Under the pieces are notes generated by a model that saw only the letters and a program-made list of their open reading frames with translations, was not told the origin of the DNA and searched no databases. A stretch of DNA of 64,000 nt from a virus. Numbering within the stretch: position 1 is the first letter of the stretch; each line of letters opens with the position of its first letter. A program made the position numbers and the translations under genes. The stretch is from UHGV virus genome UHGV-1430915; one strand, 5' to 3'. Positions 1 through 9,528 of this stretch are shown in pieces.

Positions 1-536
1 GTAACCGCTTTACCAGAATTGGGTGAAGGGAAATGTGTGGTTATTTCAGCCTTAATTCCCTGAAGATCCTCAAAAGCCCCAATGTCTGTCTCAACAAACC
101 TTACGTTAAATGTCAGCATTACGGTAGCTCTATTTTCATACGTCTGCTTATTCAACGGCACCCTTTGAGGTGAAATTGTTGAATTGTTAGAGTAGGCAAA
201 GCACGATCCCAGAGGGAAATACTTGTCATAAAACATTGGAAGGTTTATTGCTTGCAATACTCTGCTAAGTGCAGCATATGCCCTGCCGCGATAAGCTGTT
301 AACAGATAAGTAACAGTATAACTGTGGGTGACGTAAGCATTACCCTCCGCATCTTGAAACTCATTATCTTCCCAAGTGGTGGGATTGATCGCCAGGGTTT
401 GCAAAAGTACAAACTCACCTTCCGGCTTCGGTATGGTAGAGCTTTCTGCCAGAACTACAGTTCTTCCTGTGGCAACCTTGACAAGCTTAGCGATGGTTGT
501 TTCAAGATCAGAAAAAACTTTTTCGAAAGCTTCCAT
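1..536 (-). CDS. hypothetical virion-module protein, partial (N-terminal part; continues past window start)
   Basis: ATG at 536 overlaps upstream stop as ATGA; frame MEAFEKVFSDLETTIAKLVKV... translated by hand over ~60 codons without a stop; remainder to position 1 not fully checked. Confidence 0.4.
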   Translation of the reverse strand, partial: MEAFEKVFSDLETTIAKLVKVATGRTVVLAESSTIPKPEGEFVLLQTLAINPTTWEDNEFQDAEGNAYVTHSYTVTYLLTAYRGRAYAALSRVLQAINLPMFYDKYFPLGSCFAYSNNSTISPQRVPLNKQTYENRATVMLTFNVRFVETDIGAFEDLQGIKAEITTHFPSPNSGKAV

Positions 537-961
537 CAGTTTTCTCCTTCAGGCTCTTCTACCACAAAAAATCTATATCTTCCACCACCAGACGTGACAT
601 AAGAATCGCATTTTAAAACGGTAAACCACTTCAGGTCACCACGGATGTCAGGCAGTTGAATTTGATCAGCCATTGCATATGTTCCTTCGTCTGGACTATA
701 CAACTTGGTTGAGGAGTAAACTGTAAAAGCCTCGTATTGTCTGTCACCTTCAGGATTTATCTGGGAGGAGTAATCTTTAGCTGCCCTTCCTGTCAACGGC
801 TGCACAACACACTCTAAGACATCAAACTCTTCATACTCAAGTTCTAACCCCTCGTTAGCAAAAGGACCACCAACTGTTTTGTTATACACTCTGTGGCGAC
901 CTTTGAATGTTTTACGAGGTATTAGCCTGTTCTTTCCTATCAGCTTATAACCTGCTGCCAC
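536..961 (-). CDS. hypothetical protein, head-completion/neck region
   Basis: 141-aa ORF, co-oriented and tightly packed downstream of capsid genes; no recognisable motif. Confidence 0.55.
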   Translation of the reverse strand: MAAGYKLIGKNRLIPRKTFKGRHRVYNKTVGGPFANEGLELEYEEFDVLECVVQPLTGRAAKDYSSQINPEGDRQYEAFTVYSSTKLYSPDEGTYAMADQIQLPDIRGDLKWFTVLKCDSYVTSGGGRYRFFVVEEPEGEN

Positions 962-977
962 TCAACCCCCTTATTTT

Positions 978-1448
978 TTACTGTCCAATTTTAAAGGTTG
1001 CAGATTCAAGCAGCACATCGTAATGCCGCATAGCCTCGTTGAAGCCCTTCTCTTGTGCCCACTGCTCACTAACAGTAGGGTTACTAAACTGACCAGCCTC
1101 AATAACAAACTGGATAGCTTTGGCCCCTGTGTCCCCCATCTGCCTAAGAACAGCCTCTGCACTTGATCCTCTAGCCATAGCTCTCAACAATTTTTCTGTT
1201 AAGGTCTGCAGTTGCGTGCTGTGAAATGCAAAGGCCGTCTCCATGAAATTGCGAACAGGCAGCCCGTTCCAACCGAAGTTGTGAATAGCTGCCAATGTTG
1301 CCATATTTAAGCCTGACGGGTGAGGTTCATCATAAAAGCCGTAGGTTATTGTTTTGCTTTCAAGTTTCACAAGGTCTTTATAAAAGCGATCTAAACGCTT
1401 TAGGTTGAACCTTGTTTGACATTTAACCTTTAGCATTATATTCCTCAC
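978..1448 (-). CDS. hypothetical protein, head-completion/neck region
   Basis: 156-aa ORF in structural operon; no recognisable motif. Confidence 0.55.
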   Translation of the reverse strand: MRNIMLKVKCQTRFNLKRLDRFYKDLVKLESKTITYGFYDEPHPSGLNMATLAAIHNFGWNGLPVRNFMETAFAFHSTQLQTLTEKLLRAMARGSSAEAVLRQMGDTGAKAIQFVIEAGQFSNPTVSEQWAQEKGFNEAMRHYDVLLESATFKIGQ

Positions 1449-1489
1449 TAATGTATTTTACCACAAAGATACATCAAAAGCAACAATTT

Positions 1490-2110
1490 TTAAAAACTGC
1501 GTTTGCGTCTTGGGTGGCGAGGAGGTTGATTATTTAGACCACTAATAGGTGTAATCCCCTGAACATCGAACGGGCCGTTACTGTTTTCATTAAATTTAAC
1601 CCGAATTCCTTCGTCTACACGAACACCGCCAATGATAATCATTCTGCTATAAGCATCTAGCTCAGAGTCTACATAATCTGGGTGTGCCAGCAGCCAATCA
1701 AGAAAATCTTTCCACTGAGCGTAGGAAGATCCACCACGAATCTCTATGGTCTCATCACCTATTTTTTCCAGACGAGAAGTTATACTTGCATTACCGCTGG
1801 AAACTTCCTGCATCATCAGCCACCGCACAAGCTGCACAAGCACATTGTACTTAAGCAGGGGTAGCTTATCAGGGTCTGCCGGATAATTTAGTTTCAGCTT
1901 CTCCATGTCAAGGAATGTTTTAATTACCTCATCAGGGAGTGTTTCCTCATCAACATTGCCAAGCAATAACCTCATAATATCGATAAGAGGTTGGTCTGGA
2001 TCAGGTTCCGGAGGCACAGGATCTTCTTTTGGTGGTTCTTCTGGGGTATCGACTACACCATCATGGTTAGGCGGTGACGGGATAATCTCTTCATCTTCAT
2101 ACCATGCCAT
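1490..2110 (-). CDS. hypothetical acidic Pro/Glu-rich structural-module protein
   Basis: ORF track 1490..2167; start moved to ATG at 2110 (MAWYEDEE...) because 2122-2159 forms a terminator hairpin. Confidence 0.5.
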   Translation of the reverse strand: MAWYEDEEIIPSPPNHDGVVDTPEEPPKEDPVPPEPDPDQPLIDIMRLLLGNVDEETLPDEVIKTFLDMEKLKLNYPADPDKLPLLKYNVLVQLVRWLMMQEVSSGNASITSRLEKIGDETIEIRGGSSYAQWKDFLDWLLAHPDYVDSELDAYSRMIIIGGVRVDEGIRVKFNENSNGPFDVQGITPISGLNNQPPRHPRRKRSF

Positions 2111-2121
2111 TTGAAAATACC

Positions 2122-2159
2122 TCGTAAAAATAAAGCCCCATTCCTGATTTGGAAGGGGC
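2122..2159 (-). terminator. intrinsic terminator
   Basis: minus-strand hairpin GCCCC(T)TCC/GGAA-TGGGGC followed by TTTATTTTTA. Confidence 0.5.
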
Positions 2160-2169
2160 CTTAACAAAA

Positions 2170-3024
2170 TTATGCCAGTGCAGCCTCAAAATCTTTCATC
2201 ATATTTTGGAAAGTTTTTGCCTTACTTAAGGTAACACCGTGCTCTTTAGCGAAGGTTTGGAGTGCATCTTTCGAACCACTCTTGTCATCTTCGTTGTTAA
2301 GAGCTGCGGCTTGCTGCAGTATGGCATCAACATCGCCGTGAGAAGATCTTGATTCTTGTGCCTGTTCAGGATCCTGCTCAGTACCTTCCGTACCCTCCGG
2401 TGCGGTCGGACCTGGTGATTCCTCACTGCCACCACCAGGTTCAGTAGGGCCTACAGGTGGCTCCGGCTCTGGTTCAGGTTCTGGGGCTACTGTAGAAGTC
2501 AGCCCAAGATTTACAACCTGAGAACGTTTCTTAGGCCACTCAATGGTGAAAGTCTGGGTATCTTCTGCATAAGCAACATCGCATTGCTCATCGTTTATGG
2601 TCACTTTTTTAGGCATCCCTTCAGGGTCCCACAGATGGCCCTCTGCCACTGAAACTTTGAAAGCGGCATCTACCTCTTTAAACACTGACGGGGTGAGTGT
2701 GATATTGACATCACCGCTTTGCAGTGTTAAAGTGCTTTCATCAAGGTTCTCTGTGAAGAACAGAAGAATAACACCCATACGGATAGTTGAAATACCAGTA
2801 TCAATTGGCAGACCTGTGTGTTTTGCAATCTTCTCGAAGAAGTCTACAATCGTTCTGCATGGATAGTGAACACTGCCAATAACGAACTCTGTTGGTGGCA
2901 GCAGGGCTGATAAACCAACATTGATTTCTGGATTGTATTGTGCTAAAAATTGATAAAAACTTAACTGATTGTTGAAAACTCTTAATAGAGGATCATACTC
3001 GACTGGATATACGGCTCTCTTCAC
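2170..3024 (-). CDS. hypothetical structural protein with PEPEPEPEPP linker
   Basis: 284-aa ORF between two terminators; GTG start preceded by AGGAG; Pro-Glu repeat linker. Confidence 0.55.
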   Translation of the reverse strand: MKRAVYPVEYDPLLRVFNNQLSFYQFLAQYNPEINVGLSALLPPTEFVIGSVHYPCRTIVDFFEKIAKHTGLPIDTGISTIRMGVILLFFTENLDESTLTLQSGDVNITLTPSVFKEVDAAFKVSVAEGHLWDPEGMPKKVTINDEQCDVAYAEDTQTFTIEWPKKRSQVVNLGLTSTVAPEPEPEPEPPVGPTEPGGGSEESPGPTAPEGTEGTEQDPEQAQESRSSHGDVDAILQQAAALNNEDDKSGSKDALQTFAKEHGVTLSKAKTFQNMMKDFEAALA

Positions 3025-3044
3025 GGGACACTCCTGTTAAACCC

Positions 3045-3081
3045 TAATAAATAAAAAGGGGAGGGGGAGAACCCCCTCCCC
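3045..3081 (-). terminator. strong intrinsic terminator after major capsid gene
   Basis: perfect 10-bp stem GGGGAGGGGG/CCCCCTCCCC, 4-nt loop, then TTTTTATTTATT on minus strand. Confidence 0.75.
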
Positions 3082-3105
3082 ATATGGGATGAATCACCTT
3101 AGTGA

Positions 3106-4113
3106 TTAGTCACCTTTCAGAGTTGCTTTAACAACCAGCTCTGGGCGGGTGTTAACTGCCAGCATTGAAGTTTCAGATTCAATCTTCTCTTCACGCAGGT
3201 ATGCAGAGTGTTTATACCACATGTACAGTTCCTGTGCAGGGGTATTTGCTTCGTTAACATCATCTGCCGGAGCAAAGTGCAGCTGGAACATCTGATCAAT
3301 ACCCATCGGCAGGATGCGAGCCTCTTTCTTAGGAATATTGCCAGAGATATCTTCGATAAAGGTGATACCTTTATGTTCAAACACACGGTATACGCTGTCT
3401 TGACCGCCAGCACCCAGACGGCGACGCAGAGGTTCCTGAGCAGAGCCGTAATAGGTGTATGCCAGTTCTACCAGTGGGTGATGGGTAATAGCACTGAAGA
3501 ACTCCGGTGAGCACAGAGCTACAATACGATAGCCAGCTGCGTTATCGCCAGCTTGCAGCGCGATGTGCAGACGAGCCTCTTCCAGAACCTCCATAGGATC
3601 CTGATCTGCTTTTGCAGGGTCAATCTCAACAGATTTCTGTTCAACACCCCACAGAGTGTAGTAGTCATACTGACAGGTGGTGTCACCAGGTGCATAGGAT
3701 TTACCCAGAATAGCCTGGAACAGTGCTTTCTCACGCAGTGCTTCATGAGAAACACGGATACGGCGAACAACGCGGGTTACTACGTCCTGAACAGTTTTCG
3801 GAGCATCCGGGGTGAAGTAACGACGGAAGTTCTGAACATCTGCGGCAGTGATGCCTTTGTCCAGAGGGAAGAACGGGATGTTCAGGTTTTTAACCTGGGC
3901 ACGTTCACTACCAACGTAGTTACGCTCACCGCCACGACGGCGTGCCGGAATGTCGGTTACAACTTCATCAACACGCTCGATCTGAGCAATTGTTGAGGTG
4001 CCGAGACGGGTTTCGAACAGATCCATACCAGTAATCAGTCGGAATTGGCGCGGAACAAGTTCCAGAGTAGCACCTAAATCAACAATGCCAAATTCATCTT
4101 TACGAGTAATCAT
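3106..4113 (-). CDS. major capsid protein (lambda gpE-like by size and gene order)
   Basis: 335 aa; follows scaffold and decoration genes; followed by strong terminator; order terminase-portal-scaffold-decoration-capsid as in lambda. Confidence 0.7.
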   Translation of the reverse strand: MITRKDEFGIVDLGATLELVPRQFRLITGMDLFETRLGTSTIAQIERVDEVVTDIPARRRGGERNYVGSERAQVKNLNIPFFPLDKGITAADVQNFRRYFTPDAPKTVQDVVTRVVRRIRVSHEALREKALFQAILGKSYAPGDTTCQYDYYTLWGVEQKSVEIDPAKADQDPMEVLEEARLHIALQAGDNAAGYRIVALCSPEFFSAITHHPLVELAYTYYGSAQEPLRRRLGAGGQDSVYRVFEHKGITFIEDISGNIPKKEARILPMGIDQMFQLHFAPADDVNEANTPAQELYMWYKHSAYLREEKIESETSMLAVNTRPELVVKATLKGD

Positions 4114-4160
4114 TTATTTCTCCAAAGTAAAACTTAAATATTTCCCGAACAATTTAGGGC

Positions 4161-4550
4161 TTACTCATCACCAAGGGTCTGGACTTGAACCTTGTTACCC
4201 AGAGCCTCAAGCTTGTCTAACACAGCCTGTGCTGCTTTAGCGCCACCAGTTGCCAGCAATTTATCCTTGGCAAAAGTAACACCACGCACAGCAACAACCA
4301 GTTTATATTTCTTTGTGCCAAGAGGTTCAGCGATATGCACTTTACCAGCGGAGTCTGGAATTAAAGCACGATCCACCAGAACGCCGTAAGCGTCTGAACC
4401 GTCCTGATTGGCAATGCTACCATCTTTGGTCACAACCGTGCCAGCGTGGTGATGCTCTGTCAGTGTAATTTCCATCTCTTTAAAATTGTAGCCAGCATCG
4501 CTAGAATCAACTTTGCCGAGCACGATATCAGAATATTGAGTGGTAATCAT
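4161..4550 (-). CDS. putative head decoration protein
   Basis: 129-aa ORF immediately upstream of major capsid gene (lambda gpD position). Confidence 0.45.
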   Translation of the reverse strand: MITTQYSDIVLGKVDSSDAGYNFKEMEITLTEHHHAGTVVTKDGSIANQDGSDAYGVLVDRALIPDSAGKVHIAEPLGTKKYKLVVAVRGVTFAKDKLLATGGAKAAQAVLDKLEALGNKVQVQTLGDE

Positions 4551-4570
4551 TTATTTCCCCCGTTAATGTC

Positions 4571-5548
4571 TTATTTGGCAGATTCTGCACGTGCACGAGC
4601 AAGTGCTTTTGCAACGTTTTCAGCAAGAACTTCTTCTGCGGATTTTGCAATATCATCCACAACAGGTTCGCCATCATTACCATGTTCAGTGGTGGCAAAC
4701 TCTTCTTTGGTTTTATGCACCTCTGCTTCCAGCTCTTTAATTTTGGCTTGAGCTTTCTCCAGCATAGCTACGATAGGTTCGTTAGCTTTTTCCAGCATGA
4801 AGTCAACCAGGGTTGCATGATCTTCTTCACCAACAAAGCTTAAAGCTTGAGCTTTAGCCAGCATTTTAGCTTTTTCAACTTCAACCTGGGCCTTGATGAT
4901 TTCTTCAGCTTTACTCTGGGTTGCTTTCAGCTCTTCTACTTGCTTCAGCAGATCCAGATACTCTTTAGTTTTGGTTACGTCCACCGGATTCTCCTCGGTA
5001 TTTGCGGATTTTGCAACATCATCCACCTCGGTAGTTTTATCCACCTCAGCAGGTTCCTGTACCGCCTTGATCAGGTTCCCTTCTTTATCGAAGAGATCAG
5101 CGGTTACTTGTTCAAAAATCTGTTGTGTTTTTAACAGACTGTACTGATCTACCACGCTAAGCTGCTTGCCTTCTTTTGCAGCTTTATGAATGGTCACGTT
5201 ATCACAACGCTCTTCCAGCCATGCAATGCAAGACTCTGCGTCAGCTTGCGCCCATTCCCAATCAGGATGCTCTTTAGCCCAAGCTTCCTCTTCAATCTCA
5301 AAACCAAGCATGTGTGCGAGTGCTTTGGCATCGTCATACCACATATCGAAGAAACGACGCAGGTATTCTTCAAAACTCAGCTCCACAGTAACTTGGCGAA
5401 GTGCCTTAACAATATCGTCTGTTAACTGCTCAGGCTGGAGATCACTCTTCATCAAAAGAGATACAGGTCTGTTGTTAGCGCTATAGCCTTGCGCCTTATG
5501 GCACAGGGCAATCCCCTTCTCTTTAATAGTGATTGTTTTTTCAGACAT
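4571..5548 (-). CDS. putative scaffolding protein
   Basis: 325 aa, E/K/A-rich predicted coiled coil; sits between portal and capsid genes. Confidence 0.5.
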   Translation of the reverse strand: MSEKTITIKEKGIALCHKAQGYSANNRPVSLLMKSDLQPEQLTDDIVKALRQVTVELSFEEYLRRFFDMWYDDAKALAHMLGFEIEEEAWAKEHPDWEWAQADAESCIAWLEERCDNVTIHKAAKEGKQLSVVDQYSLLKTQQIFEQVTADLFDKEGNLIKAVQEPAEVDKTTEVDDVAKSANTEENPVDVTKTKEYLDLLKQVEELKATQSKAEEIIKAQVEVEKAKMLAKAQALSFVGEEDHATLVDFMLEKANEPIVAMLEKAQAKIKELEAEVHKTKEEFATTEHGNDGEPVVDDIAKSAEEVLAENVAKALARARAESAK

Positions 5549-6123
5549 TATTCATTGCCCTCTTCTACAACACTGATCCCGAAATTTACGTTGGTAATTT
5601 CGCCCGTCTCTTCATCAACATTACCTGTTGCCTGAATGCTTAGGCCACCAACAATGCCAGCCTTCTTAGCTTCCCATAATTCAGGATTATTGTATTTAAC
5701 TTTAGCAACCCAAGAGCCAGCCTTGATGACCTGCTCAGTACCAATTACTACAACATCAAACTCTTCTTGAATCCACGTCTTTTCAATGGTGAAAGCATCT
5801 GTGGAGGTCAAGTGGAAAAGGTTTTCAGAAACTAGGCCTGCGGCGTATGCTGCGTCCCAATTATCTTTAGCCTTTTTGATGGTGTCTTTACTCATCCACT
5901 CACCGTGAGCATCTTTAGTGTCAGGTTCGTAGATGATTTCGTAGGAAATCATTTCTTCCTGTGGCATCTTATTCCCCATGTGGATTATTTTATCACGCCA
6001 AAGGAGGTTTTGCAACCCCCTGTGTTGATAATTTTTAATTTTCCATGTTAGATATGGAATTATCTCTGGTCGATGACATCTTAGAAGTGCCGTTGCCAGT
6101 GGATCCTGCAGCCATACCATCAC
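5548..6123 (-). CDS. head morphogenesis protein (possible prohead protease or core protein); start uncertain
   Basis: ORF between portal and scaffold; track start overlaps portal by 88 nt, alternative ATG at 5979; stop overlaps scaffold start. Confidence 0.4.
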   Translation of the reverse strand: MMVWLQDPLATALLRCHRPEIIPYLTWKIKNYQHRGLQNLLWRDKIIHMGNKMPQEEMISYEIIYEPDTKDAHGEWMSKDTIKKAKDNWDAAYAAGLVSENLFHLTSTDAFTIEKTWIQEEFDVVVIGTEQVIKAGSWVAKVKYNNPELWEAKKAGIVGGLSIQATGNVDEETGEITNVNFGISVVEEGNE

Positions 6124-7591
6124 CAGCCCTGCTGATGTCCTGGCCCAAGAGCTTCATCAGCTCTTCCTGATCCATGTCTTCGTCAAATCTTTCATCAAAC
6201 CCGCCTACCTCAAGAATCTTATTAATTACTGCAGGAGTTTTTGGCAAGTAACCTACAGCACCGATCCTCTGGACAAACTTGGAGAAGCTCTCCATGTCCA
6301 CTTCTTCAATCAGACCAGGTTTCAGTTTAGGCATATCATCATCTTCAAGGATGATACCATTCAATGCCAGAAGCTGTGGAATAAGATCTTTATTGAAGGC
6401 CTCAGTGATAATATCTATATCACGCTGAACAAAATGACCATGAATGGACTGTTTTGACTCAGACAGAGAGAAGGATCCGACGTTATCGTTACCGAGGTTA
6501 ATAAATCCAGCACCGAAACGGTCAAGAATCGCCTTCTTACGGGCATCAATCAAATCTTTAGTAGAATACTGCTTACCCATACCATCAACCCCCTTCAGGG
6601 TCATGGAGTAAAGCTCTTTACCAGACTTATCTCTATCAGACGGAAGTATAAAGAAACTTTGCTCCCCACTATGGGCGTTTGCTGCGTCCAACATAAGATC
6701 TGCAACCATTCTCCCTTCCATCGAATTCGGGTCAATGCTGGCCTTGTTCAAAATATTGGAAGGAATTTTCAGCTCAAGCACACCACCAAGGTCTTTGGAG
6801 CAGCCAACAACCTCAAGGTTTTCAATCAAAACTTTCTCACGGAAAGATCTGTAGCAACCTATCATCGGTGACACACCTGCAGGATTAGATTCTGTTCCTG
6901 ACAGAGTCATGAGCATAAGCTTTTTAGCAGGGATGAAAATTTCAGGCTCATTAAAGCCTTTTGAAGGCATTGCAGCGAGAGGTCCAGCCCAGCGTGCATT
7001 CTGAGTGTTTAGAAATGCATTAGGTGACTGATAAATACCTGTCAGTGTTCTGCTATTCTTGTCAAAGACAAACGGCTCTGATCTGGACAAACTGGCCTGT
7101 GGTCGGAATGCAATTTTATCAATAAGAAGCATCCCGGCATATTTACCTTCTTTCTCTCTGCGGTATACTTTCTCAAACAGTGAAAAACCATACTCGTTAA
7201 AGGTAGCTGCGCTTCTTGCAATATCTCGAAGAGTTTGTTGGTTTGCCAAATTACGCAAAGAATACTCTATAAGCTCGGCGGCTTTCTTAGAGTCTTCACT
7301 TTTAACATTATAAAGGATCTTAAAATCATTGAATGCTTTCGTGATGAAAACATATTTTGTATCTAAGGCAGTAGCAACTGTGGAATCACATTTCATAGTC
7401 TCCACTGTGGCAATCAGCTGAGGCCAACGCAATTCCTCAACCATCATAGATTGTGATTCTGCCATAATTTGGGAAAGTGCGCCAGAACCGATCTCACTCA
7501 TACGAACATTATGAGTTGGTGCGCCTGCGTTCCCAGATTTATTCACAGTTTTGGCTGTGGCGTTGTGTTTCCTGCGGTTCTTTTTGGACAC
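6035..7591 (-). CDS. portal protein
   Basis: 518-aa ORF directly downstream of large terminase. Confidence 0.65.
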   Translation of the reverse strand: MSKKNRRKHNATAKTVNKSGNAGAPTHNVRMSEIGSGALSQIMAESQSMMVEELRWPQLIATVETMKCDSTVATALDTKYVFITKAFNDFKILYNVKSEDSKKAAELIEYSLRNLANQQTLRDIARSAATFNEYGFSLFEKVYRREKEGKYAGMLLIDKIAFRPQASLSRSEPFVFDKNSRTLTGIYQSPNAFLNTQNARWAGPLAAMPSKGFNEPEIFIPAKKLMLMTLSGTESNPAGVSPMIGCYRSFREKVLIENLEVVGCSKDLGGVLELKIPSNILNKASIDPNSMEGRMVADLMLDAANAHSGEQSFFILPSDRDKSGKELYSMTLKGVDGMGKQYSTKDLIDARKKAILDRFGAGFINLGNDNVGSFSLSESKQSIHGHFVQRDIDIITEAFNKDLIPQLLALNGIILEDDDMPKLKPGLIEEVDMESFSKFVQRIGAVGYLPKTPAVINKILEVGGFDERFDEDMDQEELMKLLGQDISRAGDGMAAGSTGNGTSKMSSTRDNSISNMEN

Positions 7592-7693
7592 AAGCTTTAC
7601 CCCTCAAAACAGTATAACAAAATAGCCCTCGTGTCAGAGGGCTAGTATCTCCGATTACTCTATTCTACCACATCTAATTAAGATTGGCAACAC

Positions 7694-9241
7694 TTAGATA
7701 AAACGCTTGAACATAGAAGGTGATGAGATTGATGGAATCACACAAGGCAGCGCTACCTCCTCTTTCTCCAGGAAATTAATCGCAGAAGCTACACAGTCGG
7801 CCCAGTCGTCTTTTCTGTTAAATGTTGATCTTTCCCCGTTGAACTTTTCAAGTTCAGTCAGAAATGCTTCCAGAGTGTCAGGATGGAAACTGGATTTTAC
7901 AATCCTCACCATTCCTTGTTGGGCAAGATTGGCAAAAGGTGAGAACCTTGTCAGTTTAGATTTGTTGGAAGGCATTGGATCTTCTTCAACCCTGAACCCT
8001 TCGGCGAGCAAGGATCTGGACGAGGTTAAGAATTCACTCTTACCTGCCTGACCGGGGTCCACAGAAAATACGATTATGCAATCATCTCCATCAAACTGCG
8101 CCTGTTTCCTGATGATCACATCTCGTTCCCCAGCCTTTTTACAGAACTTGCCTTCCAGACCTGTGGAATACCTACCGTCATCCACGTTCTCAGGACAATA
8201 ATCCCCGGACAGGTAATAAAAGCCGTCGCTATCTTTACTTACCTTAACACTGGCGGTAAAGTCAGGAAATTTATTACCGGAAGTTCTCTCGGTTCCTGCC
8301 TTATCCCATGCCCTGCAAGATACTGATCCAAGAGGTACTCTATCGGCATCCCGAAGGAAAGATCTTTGGAAATAGTTTGCACCTTCAGGTTTGGCAAACC
8401 AGTTGCCATGAAGAAGCTGGGCTTTTTCAAGCTCGGGCAGACCTTCAAGGAAAGCAAGGTATTCTGGGTTGTCTCTCAAGCAGACAGGATTATCGAAAAT
8501 TGTTGCGCCTATAAACGAGAATGACAACGGTCTTGGCTTGATCTCCACACCCAGTCCGTTAACCGTGGTGTATTTCTCTATTAACTCCTCTTTAGAGTCT
8601 CCCCAGATAAACTCACCGTCGCGTCGGATAAAATATCTTTTCTTACCACATTTCTCCGGGTCTGGATACCCTTCATCGTCCAACCACCACCTAACCAGTT
8701 TGGCAAGCATGTGTTCTGAGTCTGGGTTACAGCTGATAACCATTCTTGATGGATACTTTGACTGAGATCGCAGACGAGACATCAAATAGTCTATCTGCTC
8801 CCATTCGAATTGCGTGCCTTCATCGAAGCAAACCATGGTGTACTCAAGGCCTTGATGGTTAAGCTTATCTTGGACATACTCCATGTGGCAGTATTTTACA
8901 ACGGCCCCTTTTTTGCTCCTGTCCCACTTGCCAGTGCTCGGATCAAACCGTGGAAAAATAAACTTATGATCCTTCTCTCTGAACTTTGGTTTAATGTTTT
9001 CAGGCAGATCACTGTAAATAGCTACTGCTTTAGGCCATAGACCACCCTCACCTTCCAACTGTGGAGTTGTTCTTCGGAACATAACCACAGAGCTGTGCGG
9101 GTCATCAATAATTTTAAGCGGCATTAGCTGCAAGAGGAACGACTTGCCAGACCCAGCTGCACCTCCGATCACCAAAATATCTGCATCGTTCTCTAGGATC
9201 ATCTTCTGCTTTTCAGAACACGGTCCGTAAATCTTAGACAT
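7694..9241 (-). CDS. terminase large subunit
   Basis: Walker A VIGGAAGSGKS near N-terminus, Walker B-like MVCFDEGTQ, C-terminal acidic nuclease-like region; 515 aa. Confidence 0.85.
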   Translation of the reverse strand: MSKIYGPCSEKQKMILENDADILVIGGAAGSGKSFLLQLMPLKIIDDPHSSVVMFRRTTPQLEGEGGLWPKAVAIYSDLPENIKPKFREKDHKFIFPRFDPSTGKWDRSKKGAVVKYCHMEYVQDKLNHQGLEYTMVCFDEGTQFEWEQIDYLMSRLRSQSKYPSRMVISCNPDSEHMLAKLVRWWLDDEGYPDPEKCGKKRYFIRRDGEFIWGDSKEELIEKYTTVNGLGVEIKPRPLSFSFIGATIFDNPVCLRDNPEYLAFLEGLPELEKAQLLHGNWFAKPEGANYFQRSFLRDADRVPLGSVSCRAWDKAGTERTSGNKFPDFTASVKVSKDSDGFYYLSGDYCPENVDDGRYSTGLEGKFCKKAGERDVIIRKQAQFDGDDCIIVFSVDPGQAGKSEFLTSSRSLLAEGFRVEEDPMPSNKSKLTRFSPFANLAQQGMVRIVKSSFHPDTLEAFLTELEKFNGERSTFNRKDDWADCVASAINFLEKEEVALPCVIPSISSPSMFKRFI

Positions 9242-9528
9242 TAACCTCTCTCCTTTGGAAACAGTGTTCTTATATAGTCTTGCAAAATGATCAATTTAGC
9301 TCTATCATTACTACAAGACAGGTTATTATCCCTCATAATGCCAGAATTCACCGCATCTGGCGCACCTTTCTTCAAAGGGATAGCTTTAGCAGGTGGTTTC
9401 ATAGCACCCTCGGGAGGTTTAACAATCAACCTTCCTACATCCGGAGGGTCAATCTTGTATTCTCTCTCAACGCTGGTTGCACACCCACACAATAACAAGC
9501 ACAAAACAACCAGTGCAGTAACTCTCAT
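9241..9528 (-). CDS. o-spanin (Rz1-like outer-membrane lipoprotein)
   Basis: signal peptide with lipobox-like LLLCGCA, Pro-rich mature region, C-terminal ERG as in lambda Rz1; ATGA overlap with preceding i-spanin; stop overlaps terminase start. Confidence 0.6.
   Translation of the reverse strand: MRVTALVVLCLLLCGCATSVEREYKIDPPDVGRLIVKPPEGAMKPPAKAIPLKKGAPDAVNSGIMRDNNLSCSNDRAKLIILQDYIRTLFPKERG

Noticed and set aside
3208-4751. Plus-strand ORFs (3208..3510, 3553..3996, 3998..4240, 4192..4389, 4446..4751) inside the capsid region
   Set aside because: They lie antisense to well-supported minus-strand structural genes, have low-complexity sequence and no RBS. Shadow ORFs.
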